Shown here: piece by piece, positions 1-9,848 of the stretch | How positions within the stretch are numbered: the stretch's first letter is position 1 | Layout of the letters: the number at the start of each line of letters is the position of its first letter | Assembly (NCBI GenBank): GCA_018065615.1 | Contig: JAGHSY010000033.1 | Span: forward strand, 8,210 to 72,209 | Source of the DNA: Candidatus Colenecus caballi | Lineage (GTDB): Bacteria; Bacteroidota; Bacteroidia; Bacteroidales; Bacteroidaceae | Direction: 5' to 3' | Length of the DNA: 64,000 nucleotides | Made by a program: the position numbers and the translations under genes | Notes under the pieces: generated by a model | Database searches by the model: none | The model's input: the letters and a program-made list of their open reading frames with translations, nothing else | Told to the model about the DNA's origin: nothing

Positions 1-971
1 TGATGGTCGTTCACAGAAAGAGCGGTGAAATTGACCATGTCCTGTTCAAGGAAATCCTGAAGTATTTCGATGAAAACGATGTTTTCGTCTTCAACGACAC
101 CCGTGTCTTCCCTGCCCGTCTGTACGGCAACAAGGAAAAGACCGGCGCCCAGATTGAAGTGTTCCTGCTGCGCGAACTGCGTGAGGAGAATCTGCTTTGG
201 GACGTTCAGGTGGATCCCGCCCGCAAGATCCGCATCGGAAACAAGCTGTATTTCGGCGAGGACAACTCAATGGTGGCCGAAGTCATTGACAACACCACGT
301 CACGCGGACGCGTACTGCGTTTCCTCTATGACGGCCCGCATGACGAATTCAAGAAGGCGCTGTATGCACTTGGCGAGGCTCCCATTCCAACCTATCTGAA
401 GAGAAAGGTCGATGAAATGGACGAAGAACGCTTCCAGACAATATTTGCCACCAATGAAGGTGCAGTGACCGCTCCTACCGCCGGTCTGCATTTCAGCCGC
501 GAACTCCTGAAGCGCATGGAAATCAAGGGCGTTGAACGTGCCTTCATAACCATGCACTGCGGTCTTGGCAACTTCCGTGAGATCGATGTCGAAGACCTGA
601 CAAAGCACAAGATGGAGTCCGAGCAGATGTTCGTGACTGAAGAGTGCACTGAGATTGTCAACAAGGCCAAGCTGGCCGGACACAAGATCTGTGCAGTGGG
701 CAACACCGTGAACCGCGCTCTTGAAACCGTTGTCGGAACTGACCACCTGATCAAGCCGTTTGAAGGCTGGACCAACAAGTTCATATTCCCGCCCTACGAC
801 TTCAGTGTCGCAGACAGCATGATAAGCAATTTCCAGCTGCCCGAATCAGTACAGCTCATGCTTACTGCCGCATACGGCGGTTATGATCTGGTAATGAGCG
901 CCTACAACCTGGCCGTCAAGGAGGGTTACCGCTTTGGCTGCTACGGTGACGCTATGCTGATAATGGATTAA
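1..971 (+). CDS. queA: S-adenosylmethionine:tRNA ribosyltransferase-isomerase, 5'-truncated by the window edge
   Basis: ORF 3..971 is open to the left edge. Translation carries VFPARLYG and the C-terminal [13 protein letters not shown], both typical of QueA. Confidence 0.93.
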   Translation, partial: MVVHRKSGEIDHVLFKEILKYFDENDVFVFNDTRVFPARLYGNKEKTGAQIEVFLLRELREENLLWDVQVDPARKIRIGNKLYFGEDNSMVAEVIDNTTSRGRVLRFLYDGPHDEFKKALYALGEAPIPTYLKRKVDEMDEERFQTIFATNEGAVTAPTAGLHFSRELLKRMEIKGVERAFITMHCGLGNFREIDVEDLTKHKMESEQMFVTEECTEIVNKAKLAGHKICAVGNTVNRALETVVGTDHLIKPFEGWTNKFIFPPYDFSVADSMISNFQLPESVQLMLTAAYGGYDLVMSAYNLAVKEGYRFGCYGDAMLIMD

Positions 972-981
972 GTTCAGGCCG

Positions 982-1404
982 ATGGCAACACTGTACCTTT
1001 CACTTGGCACCAATCTGGGAGACAGACGCAGCAACCTTGACTGCGCCCTGGAACTCATTGCCGGTCAGGTTGGTACGGTCGTGCGTGCATCGGACATCAT
1101 AGAGACCGAGCCCTGGGGGTTTGCCAGCGGGAACGGTTTCCTGAACATGGCTGTCAAAGTTGAGACGGAGCTGACTCCGCTTGAGGCGCTGCATGCCACG
1201 CAGGCCATTGAACGGCAGCTGGGCCGCACCGAAAAGACCGTGAACGGACAGTACCGCGACCGGCTCATTGACATTGACCTGCTCATGTACGATGACGTGG
1301 TCATGAATACGCCGGAGTTGACGCTGCCGCACCCGCTAATGCGCAAACGGCAGTTCGTCATGCGGCCGCTGGAGCAGATTGCACCGGAACTTGTCAATTC
1401 ATAA
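982..1404 (+). CDS. folK: 2-amino-4-hydroxy-6-hydroxymethyldihydropteridine pyrophosphokinase (HPPK)
   Basis: 140 aa. LSLGTNLGDR N-terminus, IDIDLL and LTLPHPLMRKRQFVMRPL are classic HPPK motifs. Confidence 0.9.
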   Translation: MATLYLSLGTNLGDRRSNLDCALELIAGQVGTVVRASDIIETEPWGFASGNGFLNMAVKVETELTPLEALHATQAIERQLGRTEKTVNGQYRDRLIDIDLLMYDDVVMNTPELTLPHPLMRKRQFVMRPLEQIAPELVNS

Positions 1405-1407
1405 GCT

Positions 1408-1533
1408 ATGGCAGACAACTATCTGGAGAACCACTATGAGGACTACCTCAGGCGCAAGGCCGCCTGGGAGAAGTCACGCAAGCATACGCCGTCCGTGCGC
1501 AAGCCCGAACGGCCTGAGGACGAGGCACTGTAA
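1408..1533 (+). CDS. small conserved-looking ORF (41 aa), unknown function
   Basis: Not in the supplied track (below its size cutoff). My own translation is MADNYLENHYEDYLRRKAAWEKSRKHTPSVRKPERPEDEAL. It starts 3 nt after the folK stop, and its TAA ends 1 nt before the flippase ATG. From memory, the MADNYLE.. N-terminus resembles a short protein seen in other Bacteroidales. Confidence 0.45.
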   Translation: MADNYLENHYEDYLRRKAAWEKSRKHTPSVRKPERPEDEAL

Positions 1534-1534
1534 T

Positions 1535-3028
1535 ATGGGGGTAGTAATCAGACAATCGCTGAAAGGGGCCATACTGACCTACATTGGTGCAGCCATAGGG
1601 TTTGTCACCCAATTCTTCATTGTCACAAGGTTTCTCAATCCGGACATTATCGGACTCACCAAAGTATTCTATGAGGTGGGTAACTTCTTTGCCAGTTTCG
1701 CCCTGCTTGGAGTGACCGCGTCAGGAATGCGCTTCTTCCCCTATTTCAGAGATCCGGAAAAGGGGAACAACGGATTCCTGTTCTGGTATCTCATGATACC
1801 GCTCATAGGTACAGCACTGATTTCAGGTATCTACTGTCTGTGTAAAACTCCGGTTATAGATTTCTTTGCCAAAGATTCGGCTCTGTTCGTTGATTACTTC
1901 TATCTGGTAATTCCCCTGATACTTATTCTGACGCTATGGCAGGCCTTTGAAAACTATTCGAACATCAACATGCGCATTGCCCTGCCAAAAGGGGTGCGTG
2001 AGGTCGGTCTTCGCATATTCACACTGGCTTCATATCTGCTGTATGCATTCGGATACATAGGCATATCAGGTCTGGTTCTGGCCATTCTGTTTTCCTACGG
2101 GCTCTGTCTTCTGATTGATGTCATATATGTCTCAAAAACACAATGCATAAGTCTGAAGCATGACTCAAAATTCATTTCACCCGATCTCAGACGCAGTTTC
2201 TTCAAGTATTCCGGTTTTCTTATTCTTGCAGCCATCAGCCACAACCTGATGAACCAGCTGGACATCTTCATGCTGTCAGGTGTTAAAGGACAGGGATTAT
2301 ACAGCGTGGGCATATATACCATTGCCTTATACATGGCCAATGTCATAGACATGCCTGCACGCTCCATACAGGCCATATCGACACCAATAGCCGCCGATGC
2401 CCTAAAGCGGGATGATTTTGAAACAGCCAATTCGCTGTATAAGAAGGTTTCAATCAACCAGCTTATCATTTCCAGTCTGATTCTGCTGGTAATATGGGTG
2501 AACCTTGACAACATATACGCCATCATTCCAAACGGAGAGACATTCTCCAAGGGACGTTATGTCGTACTGTTCCTGGGATTGTCAAAGATCATTGTATCCA
2601 CTCTGAATTTCGGCAGTATCATGATTCAGTTCTCAAAGTACTATTTCTGGTCCTTGTATATTGCCATATTCATTACAATACTGTCCATCGGCACCAATCT
2701 GTTCTTCATCCCGCGAATGGGTGTTGCCGGAGCAGCACTGGCCACACTCATTGCCACAATAATAAGCTACAGTTACCAGCAGTATCTTGTCCACAAAAAG
2801 GTTCATGGCAATCCGTTCACCTGGAAAACCGTATGGATGATACTTGTTGCCATCGGATTATGGGGCTTGAATTTCCTGATTCCATCTGTGACTCACATAT
2901 CACCCTGGCTTGACATTGCAATCAGATGTCTGGTTATTGGAACCGCCGGTCTCTTCCTGATATACAAACTCAACATATCTCCTGACGTTAACCTGATTCT
3001 GGACAAATTCCTGAAGAAAAAACAATAA
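1535..3028 (+). CDS. oligosaccharide/polysaccharide flippase (Wzx/MOP family) membrane protein
   Basis: Polytopic hydrophobic 497-aa product starting MGVVIRQSLKGAILTYIGAAIGF. The upstream part of ORF 1379..3028 overlaps the small ORF and looks non-coding. It sits at the head of the glycan locus. Confidence 0.75.
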   Translation: MGVVIRQSLKGAILTYIGAAIGFVTQFFIVTRFLNPDIIGLTKVFYEVGNFFASFALLGVTASGMRFFPYFRDPEKGNNGFLFWYLMIPLIGTALISGIYCLCKTPVIDFFAKDSALFVDYFYLVIPLILILTLWQAFENYSNINMRIALPKGVREVGLRIFTLASYLLYAFGYIGISGLVLAILFSYGLCLLIDVIYVSKTQCISLKHDSKFISPDLRRSFFKYSGFLILAAISHNLMNQLDIFMLSGVKGQGLYSVGIYTIALYMANVIDMPARSIQAISTPIAADALKRDDFETANSLYKKVSINQLIISSLILLVIWVNLDNIYAIIPNGETFSKGRYVVLFLGLSKIIVSTLNFGSIMIQFSKYYFWSLYIAIFITILSIGTNLFFIPRMGVAGAALATLIATIISYSYQQYLVHKKVHGNPFTWKTVWMILVAIGLWGLNFLIPSVTHISPWLDIAIRCLVIGTAGLFLIYKLNISPDVNLILDKFLKKKQ

Positions 3029-3036
3029 ATCTGCTT

Positions 3037-4245
3037 ATGTTCAATCTGGACAAATTCATTTCCGACAGCGTAACCGGACGTCCTGCCAGCATGTTTGAAA
3101 AAGACATACTGGACAATAGCCGTCTGTTGTCCGATGAAATAAAAGGAAAATCAGTCTGTGTGATTGGCGGAGCCGGTTCAATCGGTTCAAGCTTTATCAA
3201 AGCTGTTCTCAAGTTTGAACCGGGCAAGGTCGTGGTCATCGACCTGAACGAAAACGGACTGGCTGAACTTGTCCGTGACATACGGTCAACAGAAGGACTG
3301 TTCTGTCCCGATGAATTCCGATGCTACACTCTTAATTTTGCAGATCCTATATTTGAACGCATCTTCCGTGAAGAAAAAGGTTTTGACATAGTGGCCAACT
3401 TCTCGGCCCACAAGCATGTCCGCTCTGAAAAGGACCGCTATTCAGTTCAGGCACTCATTGAGAACAATGACATCAGGGCAAAGAAACTGATGGACCTGCT
3501 GACTGTCTTTCCGCCAAATCACTTCTTCTGCGTCAGTACCGACAAAGCTGCCAACCCGGTCAATATAATGGGAGCATCGAAACGCATCATGGAAGACCTG
3601 GTCATGGCCTATAACAGATACTTCAAAGTCACGACAGCCAGATTTGCAAATGTAGCATTCAGCAACGGATCACTTCCTGACGGATGGATTCACAGGCTCC
3701 AGAAAAAACAGCCCCTTGCTGCTCCTTCAGATGTCAAACGCTATTTTGTATCTCCAGAAGAATCCGGTCAGATATGTATGCTGGCCTGTATTCTCGGAAA
3801 AGGCGGTGAAGTGTTCTTTCCAAAACTTGGCGAAGACCAGATGCTGACCTTCAGCGCTATCTGTGATGACTTTGTAAAGGCCGAAGGCTTCAGAAAGGTT
3901 GAATGCAGGAATGATTCCGAGGCCAGGAAGTTTGCCGCTGACATGTCCTATGAATCTGAGGATTATCCGGTGGTATATTTCAAAAGTGACACCACAGGTG
4001 AGAAAGCATATGAAGAATTCTATGTTCCGGGTGAAAGAATAAGCTTGGACCGTTTCCATGCGCTTGGCGTCATTGAAGAATCTGCCCGCAGAACGATGGA
4101 TGAGGTGAATGCCTTCTTCACTGGCCTTGAGGCTCTGTTTGCTGAAGAGGATTTCACCAAGGCACAGGTCGTCAATGCCATAAGACAGTTCATCCCGAAC
4201 TTCGAACATGAGGAAAAGGGTAAAAACCTTGATCAGAAAATGTAA
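3037..4245 (+). CDS. nucleotide-sugar 4,6-dehydratase (Polysacc_synt_2 / CapD-PglF-LgaA-like)
   Basis: Rossmann VIGGAGSIGSS and the family signature CVSTDKAANPVNIMGASKR. Confidence 0.8.
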   Translation: MFNLDKFISDSVTGRPASMFEKDILDNSRLLSDEIKGKSVCVIGGAGSIGSSFIKAVLKFEPGKVVVIDLNENGLAELVRDIRSTEGLFCPDEFRCYTLNFADPIFERIFREEKGFDIVANFSAHKHVRSEKDRYSVQALIENNDIRAKKLMDLLTVFPPNHFFCVSTDKAANPVNIMGASKRIMEDLVMAYNRYFKVTTARFANVAFSNGSLPDGWIHRLQKKQPLAAPSDVKRYFVSPEESGQICMLACILGKGGEVFFPKLGEDQMLTFSAICDDFVKAEGFRKVECRNDSEARKFAADMSYESEDYPVVYFKSDTTGEKAYEEFYVPGERISLDRFHALGVIEESARRTMDEVNAFFTGLEALFAEEDFTKAQVVNAIRQFIPNFEHEEKGKNLDQKM

Positions 4246-4250
4246 CAGCC

Positions 4251-5402
4251 ATGTACTCGAAAGTAATCAGTTTCATAAAAGAACTTTACGGCAATCAGGA
4301 GTTTACACCTCTGTCTGTACCGAAATTCCTGGGCAAGGAAAAGGAATATCTTAACGAGTGCATTGACACTACATTCGTCAGTTCTGTCGGAAAGTTCGTT
4401 GACAGATTTGAAGAAGAAATTGCACGATACACCGGAGCCGGTCGGGCTGTCGTCTGCGTTTCCGGCACCAATGCCCTGCACATGTCCCTTATGATGGCGG
4501 GAGTGGAGCGCAATGATGAAGTTCTGACGCAGGCCCTTACCTTTATTGCCACCTGCAATGCACTGAGCTATATCGGAGCATATCCGGTTTTCATTGACGT
4601 TGACCGCAGCACAATGGGTCTGAGTCCCGATGCAGTGAAGGAATGGCTCTGCAAAAACACAGAAATCAGGAACTCACAATGCTACAACAGGAATACCGGC
4701 AGACGCGTCAAGGCATGCGTTCCAATGCACACATTCGGTTGTCCGGTACGCATTGGGGAACTTGCGCAAATCTGTCAGGAATACCACATCGAACTTGTTG
4801 AAGACGCTGCTGAAAGCATTGGTTCACGCTACAAAGGCCAGCACACGGGTACATTCGGAAAGGTTGGCGCACTAAGTTTCAACGGCAACAAGACCATTAC
4901 TACAGGCGGTGGCGGCATGCTTCTATTCAAGGACAAGGAGCTGGGAGACTACTGCAAACACATAACCACACAGGCAAAGATTCCTCACCGTTGGGAGTTC
5001 CGTCATGACCATATCGGCTACAACTACCGTATGCCGAATATCAATGCTGCTCTTGGATGTGCTCAGTTGGAGAACCTGGACCGCTACATAGCCGACAAGC
5101 GTGAGACCGCTGCAGCATATGCTGAATTCTTCAGGAATGTTGACGGCATTGATTTCTTTACTGAACCTGAAAACTGCTTCTCCAACTACTGGCTGAACTC
5201 TGTAATCCTCAAGGACAAGAAAGCTCAGCTGGAGTTCCTGCAGGAAACAAATGACAACGGCGTCATGACCCGTCCCATCTGGGAACTCATGACCCGGCTG
5301 CCCATGTTCGAGAACTGTGAAACCGACGGCTTGAAGAACACCGTCTGGTTTGCCGACAGGGTTGTAAACATTCCTTCAAGCGTAAAACTGGAAAAGATAT
5401 GA
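4251..5402 (+). CDS. DegT/DnrJ/EryC1-family PLP-dependent sugar aminotransferase (LegC/LgaB-like)
   Basis: 383 aa. SGTNALHM, and FNGNKTITTGGGGML holding the PLP-lysine context. Confidence 0.85.
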   Translation: MYSKVISFIKELYGNQEFTPLSVPKFLGKEKEYLNECIDTTFVSSVGKFVDRFEEEIARYTGAGRAVVCVSGTNALHMSLMMAGVERNDEVLTQALTFIATCNALSYIGAYPVFIDVDRSTMGLSPDAVKEWLCKNTEIRNSQCYNRNTGRRVKACVPMHTFGCPVRIGELAQICQEYHIELVEDAAESIGSRYKGQHTGTFGKVGALSFNGNKTITTGGGGMLLFKDKELGDYCKHITTQAKIPHRWEFRHDHIGYNYRMPNINAALGCAQLENLDRYIADKRETAAAYAEFFRNVDGIDFFTEPENCFSNYWLNSVILKDKKAQLEFLQETNDNGVMTRPIWELMTRLPMFENCETDGLKNTVWFADRVVNIPSSVKLEKI

Positions 5403-5977
5403 ACAGACCTTTGATTCTAGTTGGCGGCGGAGGCCACTGCAAATCAGTCATAGACGTGGCAGAAAGCGCAGGCTATTCCATTCTGGGCATACTTGACAAG
5501 CCCGAAGAAGTCGGCCGGCAGGTTCTTGCCTACAAGGTTATAGGCACCGATGAAGACATACCCCAGTATGTTGACAAAGCTGAATTTGTCATTACAGTAG
5601 GACAGATCAGAAGCAGCGACCTGCGCCACAGCATTGCACGGCGCATAGAAAAGGCAGGAGGCCATTTTGCAACAGTCATTGCCCCTGATGCATCAGTATC
5701 AGAATACGCCCAAATTGGCGAAGGGACTGTTATCCTTCACAAATGCGTAATCAATGCCGACGCCAAAATAGGACGCAACTGCATAATAAACACCATGGCC
5801 GACATTGAGCATGATGTTGAGATAGGTGATTTCTGTCACATCTCAACAGGAGTAATGGTCAACGGGATGACCAAGATTGGAAGTGACACATTCATTGGCA
5901 GCGGATCAGTGCTTTACAACTGCATTGAAATAGCCGCCGGCAGCATTATTCCTGCAGGAACAACCGTAAGAAAATGA
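5399..5977 (+). CDS. NeuD/PglD-family sugar N-acetyltransferase (left-handed beta-helix)
   Basis: LILVGGGGHCKSV N-terminal Rossmann-like part followed by a hexapeptide-repeat C-terminus. 4-nt overlap with the upstream gene. Confidence 0.8.
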   Translation: MNRPLILVGGGGHCKSVIDVAESAGYSILGILDKPEEVGRQVLAYKVIGTDEDIPQYVDKAEFVITVGQIRSSDLRHSIARRIEKAGGHFATVIAPDASVSEYAQIGEGTVILHKCVINADAKIGRNCIINTMADIEHDVEIGDFCHISTGVMVNGMTKIGSDTFIGSGSVLYNCIEIAAGSIIPAGTTVRK

Positions 5978-6975
5978 AACGTACCCTTATCATTGCCGAG
6001 GCTGGCGTTAACCACAACGGATCCATAGAACTGGCAAAACAGCTTGTGGACAAGGCTGCCACAGCCGGTGTGGATTACGTAAAGTTCCAGACTTTCAAGA
6101 CAGAAAAACTGGTTGCCAGATCTGCCCGGCTGGCTTCATATCAGAAGAATAACATTGGCACTGATGACAATTCACAGTTTGCCATGCTGAAAAAACTGGA
6201 ACTGTCACCGGCACAGCATGAAGAGCTTGTTGCCTACTGCAAGACAAAAGGTGTGAAGTTCTTCTCTACCGCCTTTGATCTGGACAGCATTGACTATCTG
6301 CACAGCCTGGATCTGGGGCTGTGGAAAATTCCGTCAGGTGAGATTACCAACTACCCCTTCATCAAGAAGATTGCCCAATACGGTGAACCTGTCATTCTAT
6401 CCACCGGAATGTGCAATATGCAGGATATAGAAAACGCAGTTGAGACTCTGCGCAAATGGGGAGCACCCAAAATCACCATCCTTCACTGCAATACTGAATA
6501 CCCCACTCCTTTCAATGATGTCAATCTGAAAGCAATGGAGTCAATCCGTCAGAAGTTCGGCGTTGAGGTGGGCTATTCAGACCACACCCAAGGCATTGAA
6601 GTTCCAATAGCAGCAGTCGCTCTTGGCGCCACTGTCATTGAGAAACACTTCACCCTTGACCGTAATATGGAAGGCCCTGACCATAAGGCATCACTTGAGC
6701 CTGATGAACTCAATGCCATGGTATCTGCCATCCGTAACATTGAACAGGCAATGGGTGACGGAATAAAGAAGGTGACCGACAGCGAAAAAGGCAACATGTC
6801 CGTTGCCCGCAAGTCGATAGTCGCAGCATGTGATATCAGGTCAGGAGAAACATTCACAGAAAATAACCTCACAGTAAAACGCCCTGGCACAGGCATATCG
6901 CCAATGCGTTGGGAAGAAGTTATTGGCAAGACTGCCAAGCGCGATTTCATTGAAGAAGAACCTATAGAGTTATGA
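5974..6975 (+). CDS. NeuB-family nonulosonic acid synthase (legionaminic/N-acetylneuraminic acid synthase type)
   Basis: IIAEAGVNHNGS start, a TIM-barrel NeuB body and a C-terminal SAF-like domain (RKSIVAACDIRSGETFTENNL). Confidence 0.88.
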   Translation: MKRTLIIAEAGVNHNGSIELAKQLVDKAATAGVDYVKFQTFKTEKLVARSARLASYQKNNIGTDDNSQFAMLKKLELSPAQHEELVAYCKTKGVKFFSTAFDLDSIDYLHSLDLGLWKIPSGEITNYPFIKKIAQYGEPVILSTGMCNMQDIENAVETLRKWGAPKITILHCNTEYPTPFNDVNLKAMESIRQKFGVEVGYSDHTQGIEVPIAAVALGATVIEKHFTLDRNMEGPDHKASLEPDELNAMVSAIRNIEQAMGDGIKKVTDSEKGNMSVARKSIVAACDIRSGETFTENNLTVKRPGTGISPMRWEEVIGKTAKRDFIEEEPIEL

Positions 6976-8114
6976 GAAAAGTTTGTGTTGTCACCGGCTC
7001 ACGTGCTGAATACGGCATTCTGAGAACACTGATGCAGGCCATCAAGGATGACCCTGAACTTCAGCTCCAGATCATTGCCACCAACCAGCACCTGTCAGAA
7101 CTCCAGGGTGAGACCTATAAGGAGATTGAAAATGACGGCTTCAGCATTGACTTCAAAGTCCCCATGGCTGACGACCAGGCTGCTGACTGCGCATGCACGA
7201 CAGTCAAATCAGTGGGCCGCGGGGTCATTGGCTTTGCCGATGCTTTTGAAGCTCTCAAGCCGGATCTTCTGCTCATTCTCGGTGACCGTTACGAGATGCT
7301 TGCAGTAGCATCGGCCGCTCTCATATTCAAGATACCGGTAGCCCATCTTCATGGTGGTGAGATTACGGAAGGCGCCTTTGACGATTCCATCCGCCACGCA
7401 ATCACCAAGATGAGCCACCTTCATTTCACATCAACTGAAGCCTATAGCAAGCGTGTCATCCAGCTTGGCGAACAGCCTGACCGGGTATTTAACGTCGGTG
7501 CTTTAGGCGTTGAGAACATACACAAGCTTCAGCCCATTTCAAAGCAGGAGATTGAAACATCCTTGAACTTTGAACTCACAGACAAGTGCTTCCTGGTAAC
7601 CTATCATCCCGTTACGCTTTCCAACATGTCCAGCGAGACACAAATCCTGAACCTGCTTGAAGCTCTTGATGATTATCAGGACCATCATATCATATTCACA
7701 TATTCCAACTCGGATACCAGTTCTCAAATCATTATCCGTCGGATTCATGAATATGTAGACCGCAATCCAGTCCGATGCATGTTCATCCCCTCACTTGGAC
7801 AGCGCCGCTATTTCTCCGTATTGCAATATGTGAATGCCGTGATAGGAAACTCATCAAGCGGAATCATTGAGGTTCCCAGTTTTGGAATTCCAACACTTGA
7901 TATCGGCGACCGGCAAAAAGGCCGTATTGCAGCCGACAGCGTCATACACTGCGGTTATGAAGTTTCAGAAATCAGGGAGGGCCTGAAGAGAATTGGCGGA
8001 AAGGCCGATGTACAGAATCCGTATGACAAACCCGGCACATGCCAGGCTATACTTGATGTCATCAAGGACTATCCGCTTGAAAATATTGTTCAGAAACGAT
8101 TTTACGACTTATAA
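6972..8114 (+). CDS. hydrolysing nucleotide-sugar 2-epimerase (NeuC/LegG family)
   Basis: VVTGSRAEYG, AHLHGGE and the SSSGIIE motif are typical of NeuC. Confidence 0.88.
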   Translation: MRKVCVVTGSRAEYGILRTLMQAIKDDPELQLQIIATNQHLSELQGETYKEIENDGFSIDFKVPMADDQAADCACTTVKSVGRGVIGFADAFEALKPDLLLILGDRYEMLAVASAALIFKIPVAHLHGGEITEGAFDDSIRHAITKMSHLHFTSTEAYSKRVIQLGEQPDRVFNVGALGVENIHKLQPISKQEIETSLNFELTDKCFLVTYHPVTLSNMSSETQILNLLEALDDYQDHHIIFTYSNSDTSSQIIIRRIHEYVDRNPVRCMFIPSLGQRRYFSVLQYVNAVIGNSSSGIIEVPSFGIPTLDIGDRQKGRIAADSVIHCGYEVSEIREGLKRIGGKADVQNPYDKPGTCQAILDVIKDYPLENIVQKRFYDL

Positions 8115-8115
8115 T

Positions 8116-8793
8116 ATGGAAAACTTACTGGTCGTCATACCCGCCCGAGGGGGCAGCAAAGGCCTGCCGGGAAAGAATATCAGAAAACTTTGCGGCAAGC
8201 CGCTGATTTGCTATTCCATTGACATTGCACGTACAATTACAAGTGATGCCAATATTTGCGTGTCAACAGATGATCAGAAGATTATTGATACTGTTGAAGA
8301 ATACGGATGCAAAGTTCCTTTTGTACGCCCGGCCCGATATGCCACTGACACTGCGACAACAAATGATGTCCTTCTTCACGCTATATCATATTATGAGAGC
8401 ATCGGACGCAAATATGACAGGATTCTGCTTCTGCAGCCCACGTCACCGTTGAGAACCGCTGCGCAGGTCAGGGAAGCCCTTTCATTGTATAGTGACAATA
8501 TTGATATGGTAGTCTCTGTAACGGAATCACATGCACCTTCAGTACTGTGCAATGACAACGGAGAAGGATTTGTTGAACTGGTTTACAACAAGAAGGCTCT
8601 TGGCAGACAATCTCTCCCAAAGTTCTATGAATTCAATGGAGCCATTTATATCATCAATGTCAAAGCATTGAAGGAGAAAGGGCTTGGCGGTTTCAACAGA
8701 CGGATCAAATATGTAATGCCAAAAGAATCATCCATTGACATTGATGACATTTATGACTTCATGCTGGTGGAATCAATCCTCACACACAAATAA
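8116..8793 (+). CDS. acylneuraminate (nonulosonate) cytidylyltransferase, CMP-sugar synthetase
   Basis: Start chosen at MENLLVVIPARGGSKGLPGKN (CTP_transf_3 signature), 1 nt after the neuC-like stop. The upstream part of ORF 7993.. overlaps the neuC-like gene. Confidence 0.85.
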   Translation: MENLLVVIPARGGSKGLPGKNIRKLCGKPLICYSIDIARTITSDANICVSTDDQKIIDTVEEYGCKVPFVRPARYATDTATTNDVLLHAISYYESIGRKYDRILLLQPTSPLRTAAQVREALSLYSDNIDMVVSVTESHAPSVLCNDNGEGFVELVYNKKALGRQSLPKFYEFNGAIYIINVKALKEKGLGGFNRRIKYVMPKESSIDIDDIYDFMLVESILTHK

Positions 8794-8802
8794 TGACAGA
8801 CT

Positions 8803-9843
8803 ATGTTTGAAAAGTACCTCATATCACAAGACAAGACTATTCTTGATGCTCTGATTGCCATCAACAGCATGGGCAGGAATGAGACTCTGACTCTGTTCGT
8901 TGAAAATTCAAATAAGGAAATCATAGGATCACTTACCGATGGCGACATACGCCGATGTCTGGTTAAGGGCATGACCGTTGACACAAAAGTCAGCGAAATA
9001 GCATTCAAGACCTTCACATACTTGAAGAACGGCGAATATGACATCGAACTGATCCACAGCGCGAAAGCAAAAGGTATAGAACTGATTCCCGTTCTTGACG
9101 ATGGAAAACATCTGATTGATGTGGTCAATCTGAAAAAACAGAAATCGCTCCTGCCCATTGATGCCGTTATCATGGCTGGAGGTAAAGGCGAACGTCTGCG
9201 TCCGCTGACTGACAAGACGCCCAAGCCATTGCTGCCAATGAACGGAAAACCAATCATCGATTATGTTGTCGAACATATCATTTCGTATGGTATTAAGGAC
9301 ATTTCCATAACTGTAAACTATCTGAAAGAACAGATTGAAGAACATTTTGCAGAACCTGTCGGCGACATTAAGGTGACAACAGTCAGCGAGCCCAGATTTC
9401 TTGGCACGATTGGCAGCATTCAGTATGTTCAGAACCTGAAAAATGATACTGTTGTCCTGATGAACAGTGATGCCATAACAGACATCAACCTTGAAGACTT
9501 TTACATACATTTCAAAGAAAATGATGCCGATATAAGCGTTGCCGCCATCCCGTATTCCATATCAGTCCCTTACGGAATTCTTGAGCTGAACGGACATGAC
9601 ATAGAAACGGTACTTGAAAAACCCACATACAATTACTATGCGAATGCCGGCATCTATCTGATAAAAAGAGACCTATTGAAACTGATTCCCAAAGACCAGT
9701 TCTTCAATGCAACAGATTTTCTTGAACTGGCAATTTCAAAAAAATACAAGGTTATCCGATTCCCGCTGAACGGGACCTGGATAGACATAGGCAACCCTCA
9801 GGAATATCAGAAGGCTATTGAATTGGTCAAACATCTGAAGTAA
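8803..9843 (+). CDS. CBS-domain + sugar-1-phosphate nucleotidyltransferase (PtmE/LgaF-like)
   Basis: N-terminal CBS pair region, then AVIMAGGKGERLRPLTDKTPKPLL (NTP_transferase G-loop). Confidence 0.8.
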   Translation: MFEKYLISQDKTILDALIAINSMGRNETLTLFVENSNKEIIGSLTDGDIRRCLVKGMTVDTKVSEIAFKTFTYLKNGEYDIELIHSAKAKGIELIPVLDDGKHLIDVVNLKKQKSLLPIDAVIMAGGKGERLRPLTDKTPKPLLPMNGKPIIDYVVEHIISYGIKDISITVNYLKEQIEEHFAEPVGDIKVTTVSEPRFLGTIGSIQYVQNLKNDTVVLMNSDAITDINLEDFYIHFKENDADISVAAIPYSISVPYGILELNGHDIETVLEKPTYNYYANAGIYLIKRDLLKLIPKDQFFNATDFLELAISKKYKVIRFPLNGTWIDIGNPQEYQKAIELVKHLK

Positions 9844-9848
9844 GAGAG

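Noticed and set aside
1379-1534. Upstream part of ORF 1379..3028
   Set aside because: It overlaps the folK end and the small ORF in another frame and encodes an Arg/Thr-rich non-membrane sequence. The flippase hydrophobic core starts at MGVVIRQ (1535).
8751-9510. 168-aa and 193-aa minus-strand ORFs opposite the CBS-nucleotidyltransferase gene
   Set aside because: They are antisense to a gene carrying a clear NTP-transferase G-loop and have no motifs of their own.
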